A DNA stretch of 52,407 nucleotides. Source: a virus. Positions 26,478 through 34,960 of the stretch are shown piece by piece. The notes under the pieces are model-generated. The model did no database searches. It had not been told where the DNA came from and was given only the letters and a program-made list of their open reading frames with translations. Positions within the stretch are counted from its first letter, which is position 1, and each line of letters starts with the position of its first letter. The translations under genes and the position numbers were made by a program. The DNA is taken from UHGV virus genome UHGV-0113213, one strand, 5' to 3'.

Positions 26478-26678
26478 TTACTTATTCCCCATTCGCGCGT
26501 CGTGTTCCTCTTGCGCTCGCTTGTTCTCCTGTGATTTGAAGTAATAGTTAACGGCAAATGTGCCTATGGTTGATAAGATACCCACAAAGACAGCAATATC
26601 ATTAATGGTTATCGCGCCGAAAAAAGCAGTTACGGCCCCGGTCACATACGCGCACGCCTCCCGTATTCTGTCGAACAT
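26478..26678 (-). CDS. Holin (pinholin-like, class II)
   Basis: 66 aa, two hydrophobic helices, charged C-terminus; GGAGG RBS; directly upstream of SAR endolysin. Confidence 0.7.
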   Translation of the reverse strand: MFDRIREACAYVTGAVTAFFGAITINDIAVFVGILSTIGTFAVNYYFKSQENKRAQEEHDARMGNK

Positions 26679-26689
26679 AGATTTTCCTC

Positions 26690-26722
26690 CAACAAAGCAA
26701 AAACCCGGCTCGTGGCCGGGTA
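26690..26722 (-). terminator. Rho-independent terminator immediately upstream of holin (tR-prime-like)
   Basis: Stem CCCGGC/GCCGGG followed by long U-run on minus strand, ~15 nt before holin RBS. Confidence 0.65.
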
Positions 26723-26783
26723 ATTACAATTTCGCATTGTTAGGAAATATTTTAATCTATTTGTTTTTTATGCGCGATTATGG

Positions 26784-26966
26784 CTACAAATCACTAACTT
26801 TCACCAAATCGCCATTATCAAGCCAGATTTTAATTGTTTCTCGCGTCGTCTTGATGATTGGCGCTACCCACTCACCATCGCTAACGCAAACGCGAATATC
26901 ACCACCCTCTATGCGATAAAACATCTTGTCGATTAGTGTTACGGCGTATATACCATCTTCAATCAT
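26784..26966 (-). CDS. Small protein (60 aa); possible distant member of small paralog family
   Basis: ORF coupled to neighbour; GIYAVTL and SDGEW motifs. Confidence 0.4.
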   Translation of the reverse strand: MIEDGIYAVTLIDKMFYRIEGGDIRVCVSDGEWVAPIIKTTRETIKIWLDNGDLVKVSDL

Positions 26967-27157
26967 TTCTTGCGCTCCTTAATAACCCTTTTGATCTGCG
27001 CGCGCGCGGCATCTACGAGAGCAATAAACACCGCTACAGGCCAGAAAGGAATCTCAAGACCACCACGATCGAGATCATTAGATTTGATAAAACAAGACAT
27101 CAGGATAGCGCCAGCAATATAAAGGAGAAACACAGCAATGATAAGACATTCAATCAT
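26963..27157 (-). CDS. Small membrane protein (64 aa, two hydrophobic segments, basic C-terminus)
   Basis: MIECLIIAVFLLYIAGAILMSCFI...; start overlaps upstream gene by 8 nt. Confidence 0.45.
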   Translation of the reverse strand: MIECLIIAVFLLYIAGAILMSCFIKSNDLDRGGLEIPFWPVAVFIALVDAARAQIKRVIKERKK

Positions 27158-27290
27158 CCTCTTTCTCCCCGCCTAAATATTGATATATTTCTTCAGCATT
27201 TTCCCCGCGCTCAAAACAATAATGTTCAAACATGCGCCAATTTTCACTAAGAAACATAACAATAAAATTGTTAACGTATTCGTCATCCAT
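27150..27290 (-). CDS. Small acidic protein (46 aa), not in ORF track
   Basis: ATG 2 nt after upstream stop; MDDEYVNNFIVMFLSENWRMFEHYCFERGENAEEIYQYLGGEKEDD. Confidence 0.4.
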   Translation of the reverse strand: MDDEYVNNFIVMFLSENWRMFEHYCFERGENAEEIYQYLGGEKEDD

Positions 27291-27292
27291 AG

Positions 27293-27604
27293 TTAATCAT
27301 CCTCTTCATCATCTTCTTGTTCAGCCAGGAAATCATCTACGGCACGGTAAGTAACTGGAGGGATATATTCGAAGTCATCCGTATCAAGATCGAGCGTCCG
27401 GCTGTCGCCGTCGTCGTCCAGCGTATTCATCCCTAATTCACCGAAAGGGCCGTACCCAATGTGGCCCAGGTATTCGCAACCAATCGTAAACCCAGGGTAT
27501 TCGCCTTTACACCGGATTTTGTAAGGTTTATTTGATGCGCTCAATTTCCGACCCTCCACTTTCTGCTTTAGTGATTTTGTATTCTGCCGCCAGTTCAGCG
27601 CCAA
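27293..27604 (-). CDS. Hypothetical protein, acidic C-terminus; start uncertain (possibly TTG/GTG near 27541)
   Basis: ORF from track; overlaps upstream gene; GGAGGG RBS located internally. Confidence 0.35.
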   Translation of the reverse strand: MALNWRQNTKSLKQKVEGRKLSASNKPYKIRCKGEYPGFTIGCEYLGHIGYGPFGELGMNTLDDDGDSRTLDLDTDDFEYIPPVTYRAVDDFLAEQEDDEEDD

Positions 27605-27851
27605 GCAATTCCACTTCCATATTAGCGATACCCTGGAACATCAGATAGGCAAAAACTAGGCTTTTAATTCTATCCGGGTCTTCAAGATGGTCTGCATTAA
27701 AAGGCGGTTCCGATACGTGGAAGCATTTAACATGCGCATCGTCTTCAGTGGCTACACAGAAACATGCGCCAGGTTGCCCGGCGAATTCCCCCAATCTTTC
27801 TTCGTTCGGTAAAGTACCACGGAAAACTTTAACGCTGATAAATTTAGTCAT
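27528..27851 (-). CDS. Hypothetical protein (107 aa)
   Basis: ORF in co-oriented operon. Confidence 0.45.
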   Translation of the reverse strand: MTKFISVKVFRGTLPNEERLGEFAGQPGACFCVATEDDAHVKCFHVSEPPFNADHLEDPDRIKSLVFAYLMFQGIANMEVELLGAELAAEYKITKAESGGSEIERIK

Positions 27852-27854
27852 TGT

Positions 27855-28109
27855 TTATTCTCCTTCGTAAAGAGTTGCCACCAGTTCGGCATCTGTTAGC
27901 GTGTTATAATCTGTATAAAACCCGCAACGCATAAGTGAAGAAAGGCCAGCCACTTTGCACCACATAGGGGTCGATTCGCTCAAATATTCATTCTCCCTTT
28001 TTTCGCTGTATTCCAGTTCATAAAACCGACTATTGTTAACAACCTCAATTACACGGCTGTATGTGCCATCAAGCCTACTAACTCCGCGCCATAGTCTGAT
28101 CACAACCAT
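27855..28109 (-). CDS. Hypothetical protein (start moved to second ATG with GGAG RBS)
   Basis: ORF from track 27855-28136. Confidence 0.4.
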   Translation of the reverse strand: MVVIRLWRGVSRLDGTYSRVIEVVNNSRFYELEYSEKRENEYLSESTPMWCKVAGLSSLMRCGFYTDYNTLTDAELVATLYEGE

Positions 28110-28148
28110 AATTTCTACTCCGTTTGATGGGGCCATTCTGCCCCGTGT

Positions 28149-28289
28149 TTATTCTTCTTCTCCTCCTCTAAATCCTAAGCACTCCGCGTATTCGTCAATG
28201 CTTAATGCTTCTTCACCTGGTGCCAATACTTCAAAGTAGCGGGCGTATAGTTCGAAAACCCAGGCCGGATATTTAGCGTTAGCGTTCAT
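28149..28289 (-). CDS. Small acidic protein (46 aa), not in ORF track
   Basis: ATG with AAGGGGG RBS right after upstream stop; MNANAKYPAWVFELYARYFEVLAPGEEALSIDEYAECLGFRGGEEE. Confidence 0.4.
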   Translation of the reverse strand: MNANAKYPAWVFELYARYFEVLAPGEEALSIDEYAECLGFRGGEEE

Positions 28290-28298
28290 GGTTCCCCC

Positions 28299-28577
28299 TT
28301 ATGCCATGCGTGCAAATTCAAGTGATTTGCATTCGTAGTCTTCCTCTGCCTGTTCGATGACTGCCATCATCATTTCGTTTGCGTTGTTGAATGCGTTGCT
28401 TTGTGCGAACTTGTCGGCTCCACCTTCTTCTTCGAACTCCGCGTTGTTTGCTGCAATGTAGTGATATTCGATGTTGTTCAGGTAAGGGCTTGCAGCGTGT
28501 GCTGGGTCTTCTTTCTCCACCATCTCCCAAAATGCGTTTAAGCGAGATTCGACTTCTTTGTTAATCCAGCGTTTCAT
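28299..28577 (-). CDS. Hypothetical protein (92 aa)
   Basis: First gene downstream of the 28613-28674 promoter; GGAGGG RBS. Confidence 0.5.
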   Translation of the reverse strand: MKRWINKEVESRLNAFWEMVEKEDPAHAASPYLNNIEYHYIAANNAEFEEEGGADKFAQSNAFNNANEMMMAVIEQAEEDYECKSLEFARMA

Positions 28578-28612
28578 TTTTCTACCCTCCGCATCGTTCT
28601 CTCTTCAGCTTC

Positions 28613-28674
28613 TTTATAACAAAATGGCACTGCCGAAACAATGCCATTTCGTAAACCTTGTGATACAGATCACA
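28613..28674 (-). promoter_or_regulatory. Promoter with near-consensus CRP-like palindrome TGTGATCTGTATCACA (28659-28674), TTTACGAAATGGCA element, -35 TTGTTT (28636-28641), 17 bp, -10 TATAAA (28613-28618)
   Basis: Read on minus strand; CRP-like centre ~61 bp upstream of predicted start. Confidence 0.5.
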
Positions 28675-28675
28675 T

Positions 28676-28903
28676 TTACGTTTCTTCCGTAAAAGTAACC
28701 TTCATCGCCCCATCCGAACTACGGACAACATAACGACCAATACCGCCTAGCGGCCCTGCATACCATAAGTGACCGTAAGTGTCAGTCACGACGATAAACG
28801 GAAATTTAGGAGACAATCCCATCGGTTTTTCAGCCGTGTACTGTGCTCCTTCCTCAAAACAACCTAATCCCGATTCGTTACACGTTAAAATCATTTTATG
28901 CAC
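28676..28903 (-). CDS. Small protein paralog A (75 aa)
   Basis: Shares C-x2-S-x4-F-x2-G...Y-x-V and D-x-G-x-x-W-x-Y motifs with neighbours. Confidence 0.5.
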   Translation of the reverse strand: MHKMILTCNESGLGCFEEGAQYTAEKPMGLSPKFPFIVVTDTYGHLWYAGPLGGIGRYVVRSSDGAMKVTFTEET

Positions 28904-29135
28904 CTACATACGAAAACGCAGCAAAAGCACCACCACAAGCCCGCGCATAAACAAGCGCAGTTCCACATCCCATCTTATAAAATCGCCATAACTGGCCCTG
29001 GTCGTCAGTAATGGCGTGAATATATTCCTGATCCTTTGCGTCAAACAATGCCGCTCCGACTTCGTAGATCTTGCCATTCTTAAAAAACGCGCTGCATCGT
29101 GAGTATGTGCACTGGTATCTCTGATTCTGTCTCAT
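28896..29135 (-). CDS. Small protein paralog B (79 aa)
   Basis: Motifs CSAFFKNGKIYEV and TDDQGQLWRFY. Confidence 0.5.
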   Translation of the reverse strand: MRQNQRYQCTYSRCSAFFKNGKIYEVGAALFDAKDQEYIHAITDDQGQLWRFYKMGCGTALVYARACGGAFAAFSYVGA

Positions 29136-29144
29136 AACACTACC

Positions 29145-29360
29145 TCACCACTTAACAAAACGCGCGATCGGTTCCGTACTGAACTGGCTGGCAACGTGTC
29201 CACGCGCGTAACAATCCCAATAGCGCCACGCGTCTCCGTGGTCGTCTTTAATGTATTGGGTGTTAAGTTCATCACCAGTCAGGTGAGCTACGGTATATAT
29301 TCCGCCAACCTCAAAGCATGATGATTTTGATTCAGTGCATCTAACATACATGATATTCAT
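29145..29360 (-). CDS. Small protein paralog C (71 aa)
   Basis: Motifs CFEVGGIYTV and KDDHGDAWRYW. Confidence 0.5.
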   Translation of the reverse strand: MNIMYVRCTESKSSCFEVGGIYTVAHLTGDELNTQYIKDDHGDAWRYWDCYARGHVASQFSTEPIARFVKW

Positions 29361-29581
29361 TCCTTATTTGCATTTATAAATAGCGCAACTGGCACACCAT
29401 TACCGCCAACGCCATCAACGAATCCGCTACCATTGAGATCGTTATAAAAAAACCACGGATCGCCATCTTCATCATAAATGTACTGAATATCGTTAGTTCT
29501 GCTTATTAGCGTTTCTATGTCGTAAATCTCATCAACCACAAAAAGATTAGGGAAACGAGACTTTATACATTTTACAAACAT
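29357..29581 (-). CDS. Small protein paralog D (74 aa)
   Basis: Motifs FVVDEIYDI and YDEDGDPWFFY. Confidence 0.5.
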   Translation of the reverse strand: MFVKCIKSRFPNLFVVDEIYDIETLISRTNDIQYIYDEDGDPWFFYNDLNGSGFVDGVGGNGVPVALFINANKE

Positions 29582-29832
29582 CAGAAAACCCCTTTATAAT
29601 CGACCGTGTATTTTACCACCAATTTCCACTCGCTATAGTTTTCCATGTCGCGCGGCTGCCAGCCTTTCATGCCTACAGCACTACGCGCAGCGTGGCGGCG
29701 ATAATCGTCATTAAGATCGGCAATGCACCACGGTTGAAGGAAGAACATATAATTCGCTTCGTTAACCAGAATAGCCATCATCCGTCCAGTGGCCTTATCT
29801 TTCGCCCTGAAATAACTTACCTTGATTTTCAT
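29581..29832 (-). CDS. Hypothetical protein (83 aa)
   Basis: ORF with ATGA-type coupling. Confidence 0.45.
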   Translation of the reverse strand: MKIKVSYFRAKDKATGRMMAILVNEANYMFFLQPWCIADLNDDYRRHAARSAVGMKGWQPRDMENYSEWKLVVKYTVDYKGVF

Positions 29833-30044
29833 TTTAATACCTCGTCGATCAGCATTTCTTCTTCCAGGTTAGCCGGACGTTTACGGAATATCCCGGCAAA
29901 AACCAGGTCATCAAGTAGGTCTTTGCGTTTAAATAGCCACTCTTTCATTATTACCCCGTCATCGCTGCGATATACGACGCCGTTTTTCAAAAAATAAAAA
30001 GTGCTGGTATTTGTTTGAAGGTATAAATCTTCGTAAACGTCCAT
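29829..30044 (-). CDS. Hypothetical protein (71 aa), possible divergent paralog (NGVVYRSDDG)
   Basis: ORF in operon. Confidence 0.4.
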   Translation of the reverse strand: MDVYEDLYLQTNTSTFYFLKNGVVYRSDDGVIMKEWLFKRKDLLDDLVFAGIFRKRPANLEEEMLIDEVLK

Positions 30045-30048
30045 GATA

Positions 30049-30276
30049 TTAACCCTCGACTACTTGCAAGCCGCGCCCCTTATCGCCTACGAAGTCGCCC
30101 AGGCTAAACGTATATGACCACGCCGGGTTAATGTAGTAATCATCAGCACCGTGAGCGATAAGGTCTTTACCCAAAATGACGCAGGTCACATCATCAGAAT
30201 GAACAACGTCTACCGTTTCCCCTACCACGCGTTTTAATGATGGGTAGCCGTGATCGTGCAAGAATTTAACTTTCAT
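30049..30276 (-). CDS. Hypothetical protein (75 aa)
   Basis: ORF in operon. Confidence 0.45.
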   Translation of the reverse strand: MKVKFLHDHGYPSLKRVVGETVDVVHSDDVTCVILGKDLIAHGADDYYINPAWSYTFSLGDFVGDKGRGLQVVEG

Positions 30277-30560
30277 ATTTCTTTCCCTTTATAAGTAACA
30301 GCATCAGCGATCAACAATACCGCCAGCAATTCACCGTCATGTAACGGGTCTGGAATAGCAAAAAATATGTCGCTGTTTTTGTCCGGCACTACTACGCGCA
30401 TATTTCCCTGTTTGTCTTCATGCACGAACCACGGCTTTTCGTGTGGCTCAAACATGCCGAAAAGTAATTTAAGATCTATTTCTTCACCCTTCGTGAATAA
30501 CGACACATCAGTTGTAGTGATAACTAACGCTTTCTGATCTGCTGTTTTCTTCGCTCTCAT
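30273..30560 (-). CDS. Hypothetical protein (95 aa)
   Basis: ORF in operon. Confidence 0.45.
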   Translation of the reverse strand: MRAKKTADQKALVITTTDVSLFTKGEEIDLKLLFGMFEPHEKPWFVHEDKQGNMRVVVPDKNSDIFFAIPDPLHDGELLAVLLIADAVTYKGKEI

Positions 30561-30835
30561 TCCTCTGTCTCCCAGCGGTCTATGCTGATTAAAAAGTCCC
30601 GGATAGCGTGTCGCTCGTCGCGCGTCGGTTTACGCTTCCGGTAAATTTTGAAATCGAACCATTCTTTTTCTTGTTCGAAGTCCAGATCGTAAGCAAGCGC
30701 CTCGATATATCCGCAGTCGTGATACTGGTAAGCCACGCCAGCACGAACAAAAAAGCGGGTTTTATCCCGCTTGTGTTCATAGATACACATATTTGCCCCA
30801 CTATGCAGTTGTGTAACTATCAACCAGCTTTTCAT
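30557..30835 (-). CDS. Hypothetical protein (92 aa)
   Basis: ORF in operon. Confidence 0.45.
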   Translation of the reverse strand: MKSWLIVTQLHSGANMCIYEHKRDKTRFFVRAGVAYQYHDCGYIEALAYDLDFEQEKEWFDFKIYRKRKPTRDERHAIRDFLISIDRWETEE

Positions 30836-31031
30836 CCTTCATTCTGGAAAGCTGCATGATATTCATCGTGTAGCCGTTGTCAGAGAAAAGCCACTCCGCA
30901 GCCTTGCGACGAAAAACAATATCATCATGGTTACGTGTCCATGTAGCTATCACAACGCGTTTCCCGTTAGTGGCGAACATAGATAACGCGTTATCAACTA
31001 CGTCGATAGCCTGCCAGATTTTTAGTTCCAT
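30801..31031 (-). CDS. Hypothetical protein (76 aa)
   Basis: ORF in operon. Confidence 0.4.
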   Translation of the reverse strand: MELKIWQAIDVVDNALSMFATNGKRVVIATWTRNHDDIVFRRKAAEWLFSDNGYTMNIMQLSRMKDEKLVDSYTTA

Positions 31032-31387
31032 GATTTATCTCCGTAGATTTTGAATAGTTCACACGCTTCCTGATTTTCAAGTATATTCATATGCAGGTCA
31101 CGCAGGCGGCGCATTGTGCGGAATCGCGGTCTGAACTCCTGGCTACGTTTAATGTATTTGCCGCCAATTGAATAAATATGCCCGTATGCGTACCATCTGT
31201 TGCCTACCCATATATCATATTCTTTTCCTTCGTAATTAAATTTTATAGTTAGCTCGCCTACTTCAACTATTAACCCTTTATCAATGATGTCATTAAGCAT
31301 TTCGTCCCATTCTTTGAGGAATGGTTGCTGATAAAAACCAAAAAGCGTATTTGCAGCATGGCAAAGATAATCAATGATTATTTGCAT
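31022..31387 (-). CDS. Hypothetical protein (121 aa)
   Basis: ORF in operon. Confidence 0.45.
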   Translation of the reverse strand: MQIIIDYLCHAANTLFGFYQQPFLKEWDEMLNDIIDKGLIVEVGELTIKFNYEGKEYDIWVGNRWYAYGHIYSIGGKYIKRSQEFRPRFRTMRRLRDLHMNILENQEACELFKIYGDKSWN

Positions 31388-31391
31388 ATTA

Positions 31392-31628
31392 TCACCACAT
31401 CATGTAATAAACGTTCTCGTCAGCTAATGCGTCCGCTACATCCTGCGTCATGTGCCTGACTTCAAGGAAAAAATCCTCATCATGCCATTCACTAACAAGC
31501 ATACGCGCCCATTTACGGCGGCGGCGCTTATTGTGTCGTAGATCATCAAAAGTCATTAATGCTTTGTCATATGCCCTTACAAGGCGTTTACGGTTACTTT
31601 TCATTGCTCGACCCACCTTAACATCCAA
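31392..31628 (-). CDS. Hypothetical basic protein (78 aa)
   Basis: ORF in operon. Confidence 0.4.
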   Translation of the reverse strand: MDVKVGRAMKSNRKRLVRAYDKALMTFDDLRHNKRRRRKWARMLVSEWHDEDFFLEVRHMTQDVADALADENVYYMMW

Positions 31629-31909
31629 TTCACATCACATTTAATTGCGAATACTCTCACCGGATCAGTGCCGAATAATGGATGTGTGATAGTTTTCACT
31701 TCGTACCCAAAATAAGGAAGGTTAATAATCCTGTGTTTTTCGTGGTTGGCAGGGTATCCCCATTTAATAATCAGGCGCTCATATTCCCGCCCTTCCAGAC
31801 GTTTACGCCAATAGTCATTATAAAGCCGGTATTCCTCCACCTTCTTTCCCGCCCGGATAGCGTGGAAATATTCCCCTTTCAGATTCAAATGCAGGTCTTT
31901 ACTTGCCAT
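31601..31909 (-). CDS. ASCH-domain-like protein (start uncertain)
   Basis: Motif EYFHAIRAGKKVEEYR resembles ASCH/PUA-like G-K-K-x-x-E-x-R signature. Confidence 0.45.
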   Translation of the reverse strand: MASKDLHLNLKGEYFHAIRAGKKVEEYRLYNDYWRKRLEGREYERLIIKWGYPANHEKHRIINLPYFGYEVKTITHPLFGTDPVRVFAIKCDVNWMLRWVEQ

Positions 31910-32081
31910 CGCTATGATCCTGTAAACAGTCGTTATAGCCTTCAATATATCCGGTTAATCCGGTATTACTCACTGACCATTCAGCCGAACGGCGTTTGAT
32001 GGCCTTGTCCATCGTCATTTCATCGCCTGGTCCGCCTGGCTCAATGTATTTTCTTAAATCCCTTACTATCCACGCCATCAA
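31899..32081 (-). CDS. Hypothetical protein (60 aa)
   Basis: ORF in operon. Confidence 0.35.
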   Translation of the reverse strand: MMAWIVRDLRKYIEPGGPGDEMTMDKAIKRRSAEWSVSNTGLTGYIEGYNDCLQDHSDGK

Positions 32082-32156
32082 TGATGCGTATCACTGCACA
32101 CACGCGCCGTTAATGTCAGGTCATTGACCAGCTTTGCAAATAGATGTTCTTTTAAT

Positions 32157-32504
32157 TTAGGCTTCATTGTCGTCACCTTCGAAATACTGCTCAATCGCAC
32201 GTTTGACGTTCATTTCTCGCTGATAATTGTTACCGCTATAGATTGCGGCTGCCGATACGTGATCGATAATTTGCTGTAATAAATAAGGATGAATTTTTAT
32301 TTTTTCATCAAGGACAATGCGAGATGGCTTAGGTGCTGTAGCAATATCATCAACGATTTCTATCTCACCACCTCCGCCGCAGCGAGGACAAACGAATTTA
32401 TCACCTTGATACAGCATGATGCCGCAACCTTTTTCGGTTTTTACGACCATGCCATCGTCGTCGCAGTTTTCGCAATACAGCCACCGAATATTAATTATTT
32501 TCAT
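32157..32504 (-). CDS. Zinc-ribbon protein (CENCDDDG...CPRCGGGG); start uncertain
   Basis: Two CxxC pairs. Confidence 0.4.
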   Translation of the reverse strand: MKIINIRWLYCENCDDDGMVVKTEKGCGIMLYQGDKFVCPRCGGGGEIEIVDDIATAPKPSRIVLDEKIKIHPYLLQQIIDHVSAAAIYSGNNYQREMNVKRAIEQYFEGDDNEA

Positions 32505-32694
32505 TGTCGTTACTCCGTCCGTAAATATGGACAGGCTCAACTGGTACTGCTGGCAATTCGCCATCATTTAACTCGCTCGCCATGCCTAATATTAAACGCG
32601 CTTCAGCACCAGTGACTTTCTTGCACCATGCGTCGCCTGTTTTATCTTCAAATAAGATAACGGCAAACTGATCGTTTATTTCCAGCTTATCCAT
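32491..32694 (-). CDS. Hypothetical acidic protein (67 aa)
   Basis: ATGA overlap with Q stop. Confidence 0.4.
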   Translation of the reverse strand: MDKLEINDQFAVILFEDKTGDAWCKKVTGAEARLILGMASELNDGELPAVPVEPVHIYGRSNDNENN

Positions 32695-33422
32695 TATTCA
32701 CCCCGTGTCACTCGTTTGATTTCGCTTTCCGCGCGAGATTCTTCTTTGAATAGCTCCGCTATGGCGTCTTCATAGAAAACCCTGTATTTCTTCCACCATG
32801 TTGATCTGCTTACCGGGAAAACAAGCTGGTTAACAGCCTGCCGGACGAGATCTACAGGGAAACGCGAGTACCCGCGCCCGCCGCAGTGCTGGCACGTTTT
32901 GAATACTGGCATTTCCGCCGCTTCGCTGGCTGCTTTATCCGGTACTTCGCCACGCCCCTTGCACCTCTGGCAATGGTTTTTAACGTAGCCTTTGCCGTTG
33001 CACCGCGAGCAAACTGTCGATGTGTATTCACAATATGGATTCGGTAAAAGCCCGTTACCTCCGCACTTAGGGCAAACCTTTTCGGTAGCCGCACTTTGGC
33101 AGTAATCCCGAAACGCGAAAACGGCAACAAGAATAATAAGATCATTGCGTTGTTCTTCATTTAATTCCATCACGTATTCGTAATCTTTCGCCATAACCCT
33201 TAAACGCTCTGTAAGCAAAATTACGGCCCTGTGTTTTTCAGCTTGCGATAGCTCCATTTTCCCTAAAAAAGCACTATAGCCAAGCTCTACGCGCGATTGC
33301 GCCATACCAGCGGCGGTAAGCGCATCCGTCGTATTAAGTGCATCCGGGGATGTTCCCCGGCTTTCGTCTGATAATCGCGGTGATTTGGGAAAGTGGAATT
33401 TCAGAATGGATTCTAAATTCAT
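32694..33422 (-). CDS. Q: Late-gene antiterminator Q-like protein (242 aa)
   Basis: N-terminus MNLESILKFHFPKSPRLSD...AAGMAQS...AFLGK and multiple CxxC zinc motifs match my recollection of the Q antitermination family; located after NinG-RusA. Confidence 0.65.
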   Translation of the reverse strand: MNLESILKFHFPKSPRLSDESRGTSPDALNTTDALTAAGMAQSRVELGYSAFLGKMELSQAEKHRAVILLTERLRVMAKDYEYVMELNEEQRNDLIILVAVFAFRDYCQSAATEKVCPKCGGNGLLPNPYCEYTSTVCSRCNGKGYVKNHCQRCKGRGEVPDKAASEAAEMPVFKTCQHCGGRGYSRFPVDLVRQAVNQLVFPVSRSTWWKKYRVFYEDAIAELFKEESRAESEIKRVTRGE

Positions 33423-33604
33423 TATTTACCCCCATAGCGAGCAATAAGGCGTTTGCGATCAGAAATGGTTTGCACCAGTTTTCTTTCAAGCTCTTTCAGC
33501 GCAAGTAATTCCTGCATGTGAAAAGCCTGGATTCGTCTGACTGTCGCTAAATCATGCTCGTCACGTTGAACATCTATTTGCAGATCTTTAATTTCGTTTT
33601 TCAT
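33422..33604 (-). CDS. Hypothetical protein (60 aa)
   Basis: ORF between RusA and Q. Confidence 0.4.
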   Translation of the reverse strand: MKNEIKDLQIDVQRDEHDLATVRRIQAFHMQELLALKELERKLVQTISDRKRLIARYGGK

Positions 33605-34008
33605 TGCTCACCCCACATATTAGTCGCATATTCGTTAATATCCGGTAGCAGGTCGCCGCGTTCGCATACCTTAATAAACAATCGCCCGCCTTTTACCTTC
33701 CGGCAGCGGACAATTTTTATTGAGTCGATTTGCCCATCATCATTCCAGAATCCGGCACAAGTAAGGCTGTCAAAAAGGCATTTTGGGATATTATCAAGAT
33801 CTCTGACCCGGTTATCCGGCGGCGCGGCATAAATGGCGATTGCCAGTCGGCAAGATAGGTTAATGTCTAAATTTAATAATTCGATGATGTCTTTTACTTG
33901 TTCCCGGTATTCCTTCCCCACTTCGCTGATATAGTGAAAACCTCGTGAATGTCGGTAATATCGGTTATTAGATGGCGGGTAAGGTAGGCTAAATGTATAC
34001 TCGTTCAT
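33601..34008 (-). CDS. rusA: Holliday junction resolvase RusA
   Basis: Motifs LPYPPSNNRYYRH, RDLDN, GFWNDD, VKGGRL match RusA family. Confidence 0.85.
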   Translation of the reverse strand: MNEYTFSLPYPPSNNRYYRHSRGFHYISEVGKEYREQVKDIIELLNLDINLSCRLAIAIYAAPPDNRVRDLDNIPKCLFDSLTCAGFWNDDGQIDSIKIVRCRKVKGGRLFIKVCERGDLLPDINEYATNMWGEQ

Positions 34009-34610
34009 GCTGCCTTTCTCCTTAAGGCGTCCAATTTTGCCTGATAGATGTTTATTAGCTCCTTACATTCTGCGATCGTCCATTTATGCGTATCATTGTT
34101 GTTCTCCAGCGCTTCCACCCTGGCGAGGCCAATTTTTCGAATCAGTGCTGGGCGATAGGCTTGTATGTTTCCGTCTAATGTCTGATTGCAGTGCCTACAT
34201 TGTTTATGGACGTTATCTTCATTGAAGCGAAGGTGTCCGGCGGCGGCGACCGTCCTGTAATGCCCCGCATCGTATCCGCATTGCTCACCGTAGTAAGTCC
34301 CGCAGGATATGCACGGCAACCGCGCGTCACGTTCGCGGATATAGGCATTAAATACCGCTTGTGCCTGCTTTAACCAATAGCTACGCGGATTTAACTGCTT
34401 CCGCTTCCGGTTGCGTTCTTCCCGCTGGCTATCACGGCGTTTCTTCCGTTCCATAGCCTTCATAGCCTTCTCACGGTCGCGGCATAACTGGTCAAATTTC
34501 AGTTCTTCCAGGCATTCGTCGCTGCACCACGTTTGATTGTGATATTTAGGCTCAAAAAAAACGCCGCAGCATTTGCAACGGCGTCTTATTGGTTTCTTAG
34601 GGTTTTGCAT
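34005..34610 (-). CDS. ninG: NinG / Rap recombination protein
   Basis: Start moved to MQNPKKPIRRRCK; motifs RSYWLKQAQ, LPCISCGT, DAGHYRT, LRFNE.N.HKQC as in lambda NinG. Confidence 0.85.
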   Translation of the reverse strand: MQNPKKPIRRRCKCCGVFFEPKYHNQTWCSDECLEELKFDQLCRDREKAMKAMERKKRRDSQREERNRKRKQLNPRSYWLKQAQAVFNAYIRERDARLPCISCGTYYGEQCGYDAGHYRTVAAAGHLRFNEDNVHKQCRHCNQTLDGNIQAYRPALIRKIGLARVEALENNNDTHKWTIAECKELINIYQAKLDALRRKAA

Positions 34611-34624
34611 AAAAACCACCCCAA

Positions 34625-34801
34625 TTATTTTTGATTCTCTGTTTCGTTCAGCCTTTCGGCGTGTCCGGCCCTTAGCGAGTGATCTACACATTCGTTGTAC
34701 TCGTTACATTCTCCTTTTTTCGTGCTGCATACATTGCACATTGCACGCATGACGCTTTCTCGTTCATAGTCGTCATGCCATTGGTAATCATCAAAAGACA
34801 T
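34625..34801 (-). CDS. Small Cys-rich protein (58 aa; CNVCSTKKGECNEYNEC), not in ORF track
   Basis: ATG with AAGGAG RBS; overlaps spurious N-terminal extension of NinG track ORF in another frame. Confidence 0.4.
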   Translation of the reverse strand: MSFDDYQWHDDYERESVMRAMCNVCSTKKGECNEYNECVDHSLRAGHAERLNETENQK

Positions 34802-34825
34802 AATGCTCTCTCCTTTTCAGGTGAT

Positions 34826-34864
34826 TTCTACGCATTTCAGCGCTGCCGGATTTTTAAAGAGCAT
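34826..34864 (-). promoter_or_regulatory. Internal nut-like site: boxA ATGCTCTTTAAAAATCCGG plus hairpin CGCUGAAAUGCG
   Basis: 18-mer identical to the rightward-leader boxA at 43321-43339; same 3-nt spacing to a short GAA-containing hairpin. Confidence 0.45.
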
Positions 34865-34960
34865 TTTGTTTGCTTGAAGTATACAAAATGGATACCCCCA
34901 AACAAGGCAAAAAGCGCCATTATGTGATCCGCATCACGCAATGATGCCATTTTGTAAACT

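Noticed and set aside
34611-34691. N-terminal extension of the NinG track ORF (MCRSLAKGRT...)
   Set aside because: Homology to NinG begins at the internal MQNPKKPIRRRCK start, which has a GGGGTGG RBS; the extension overlaps a separately initiated small Cys-rich ORF in another frame
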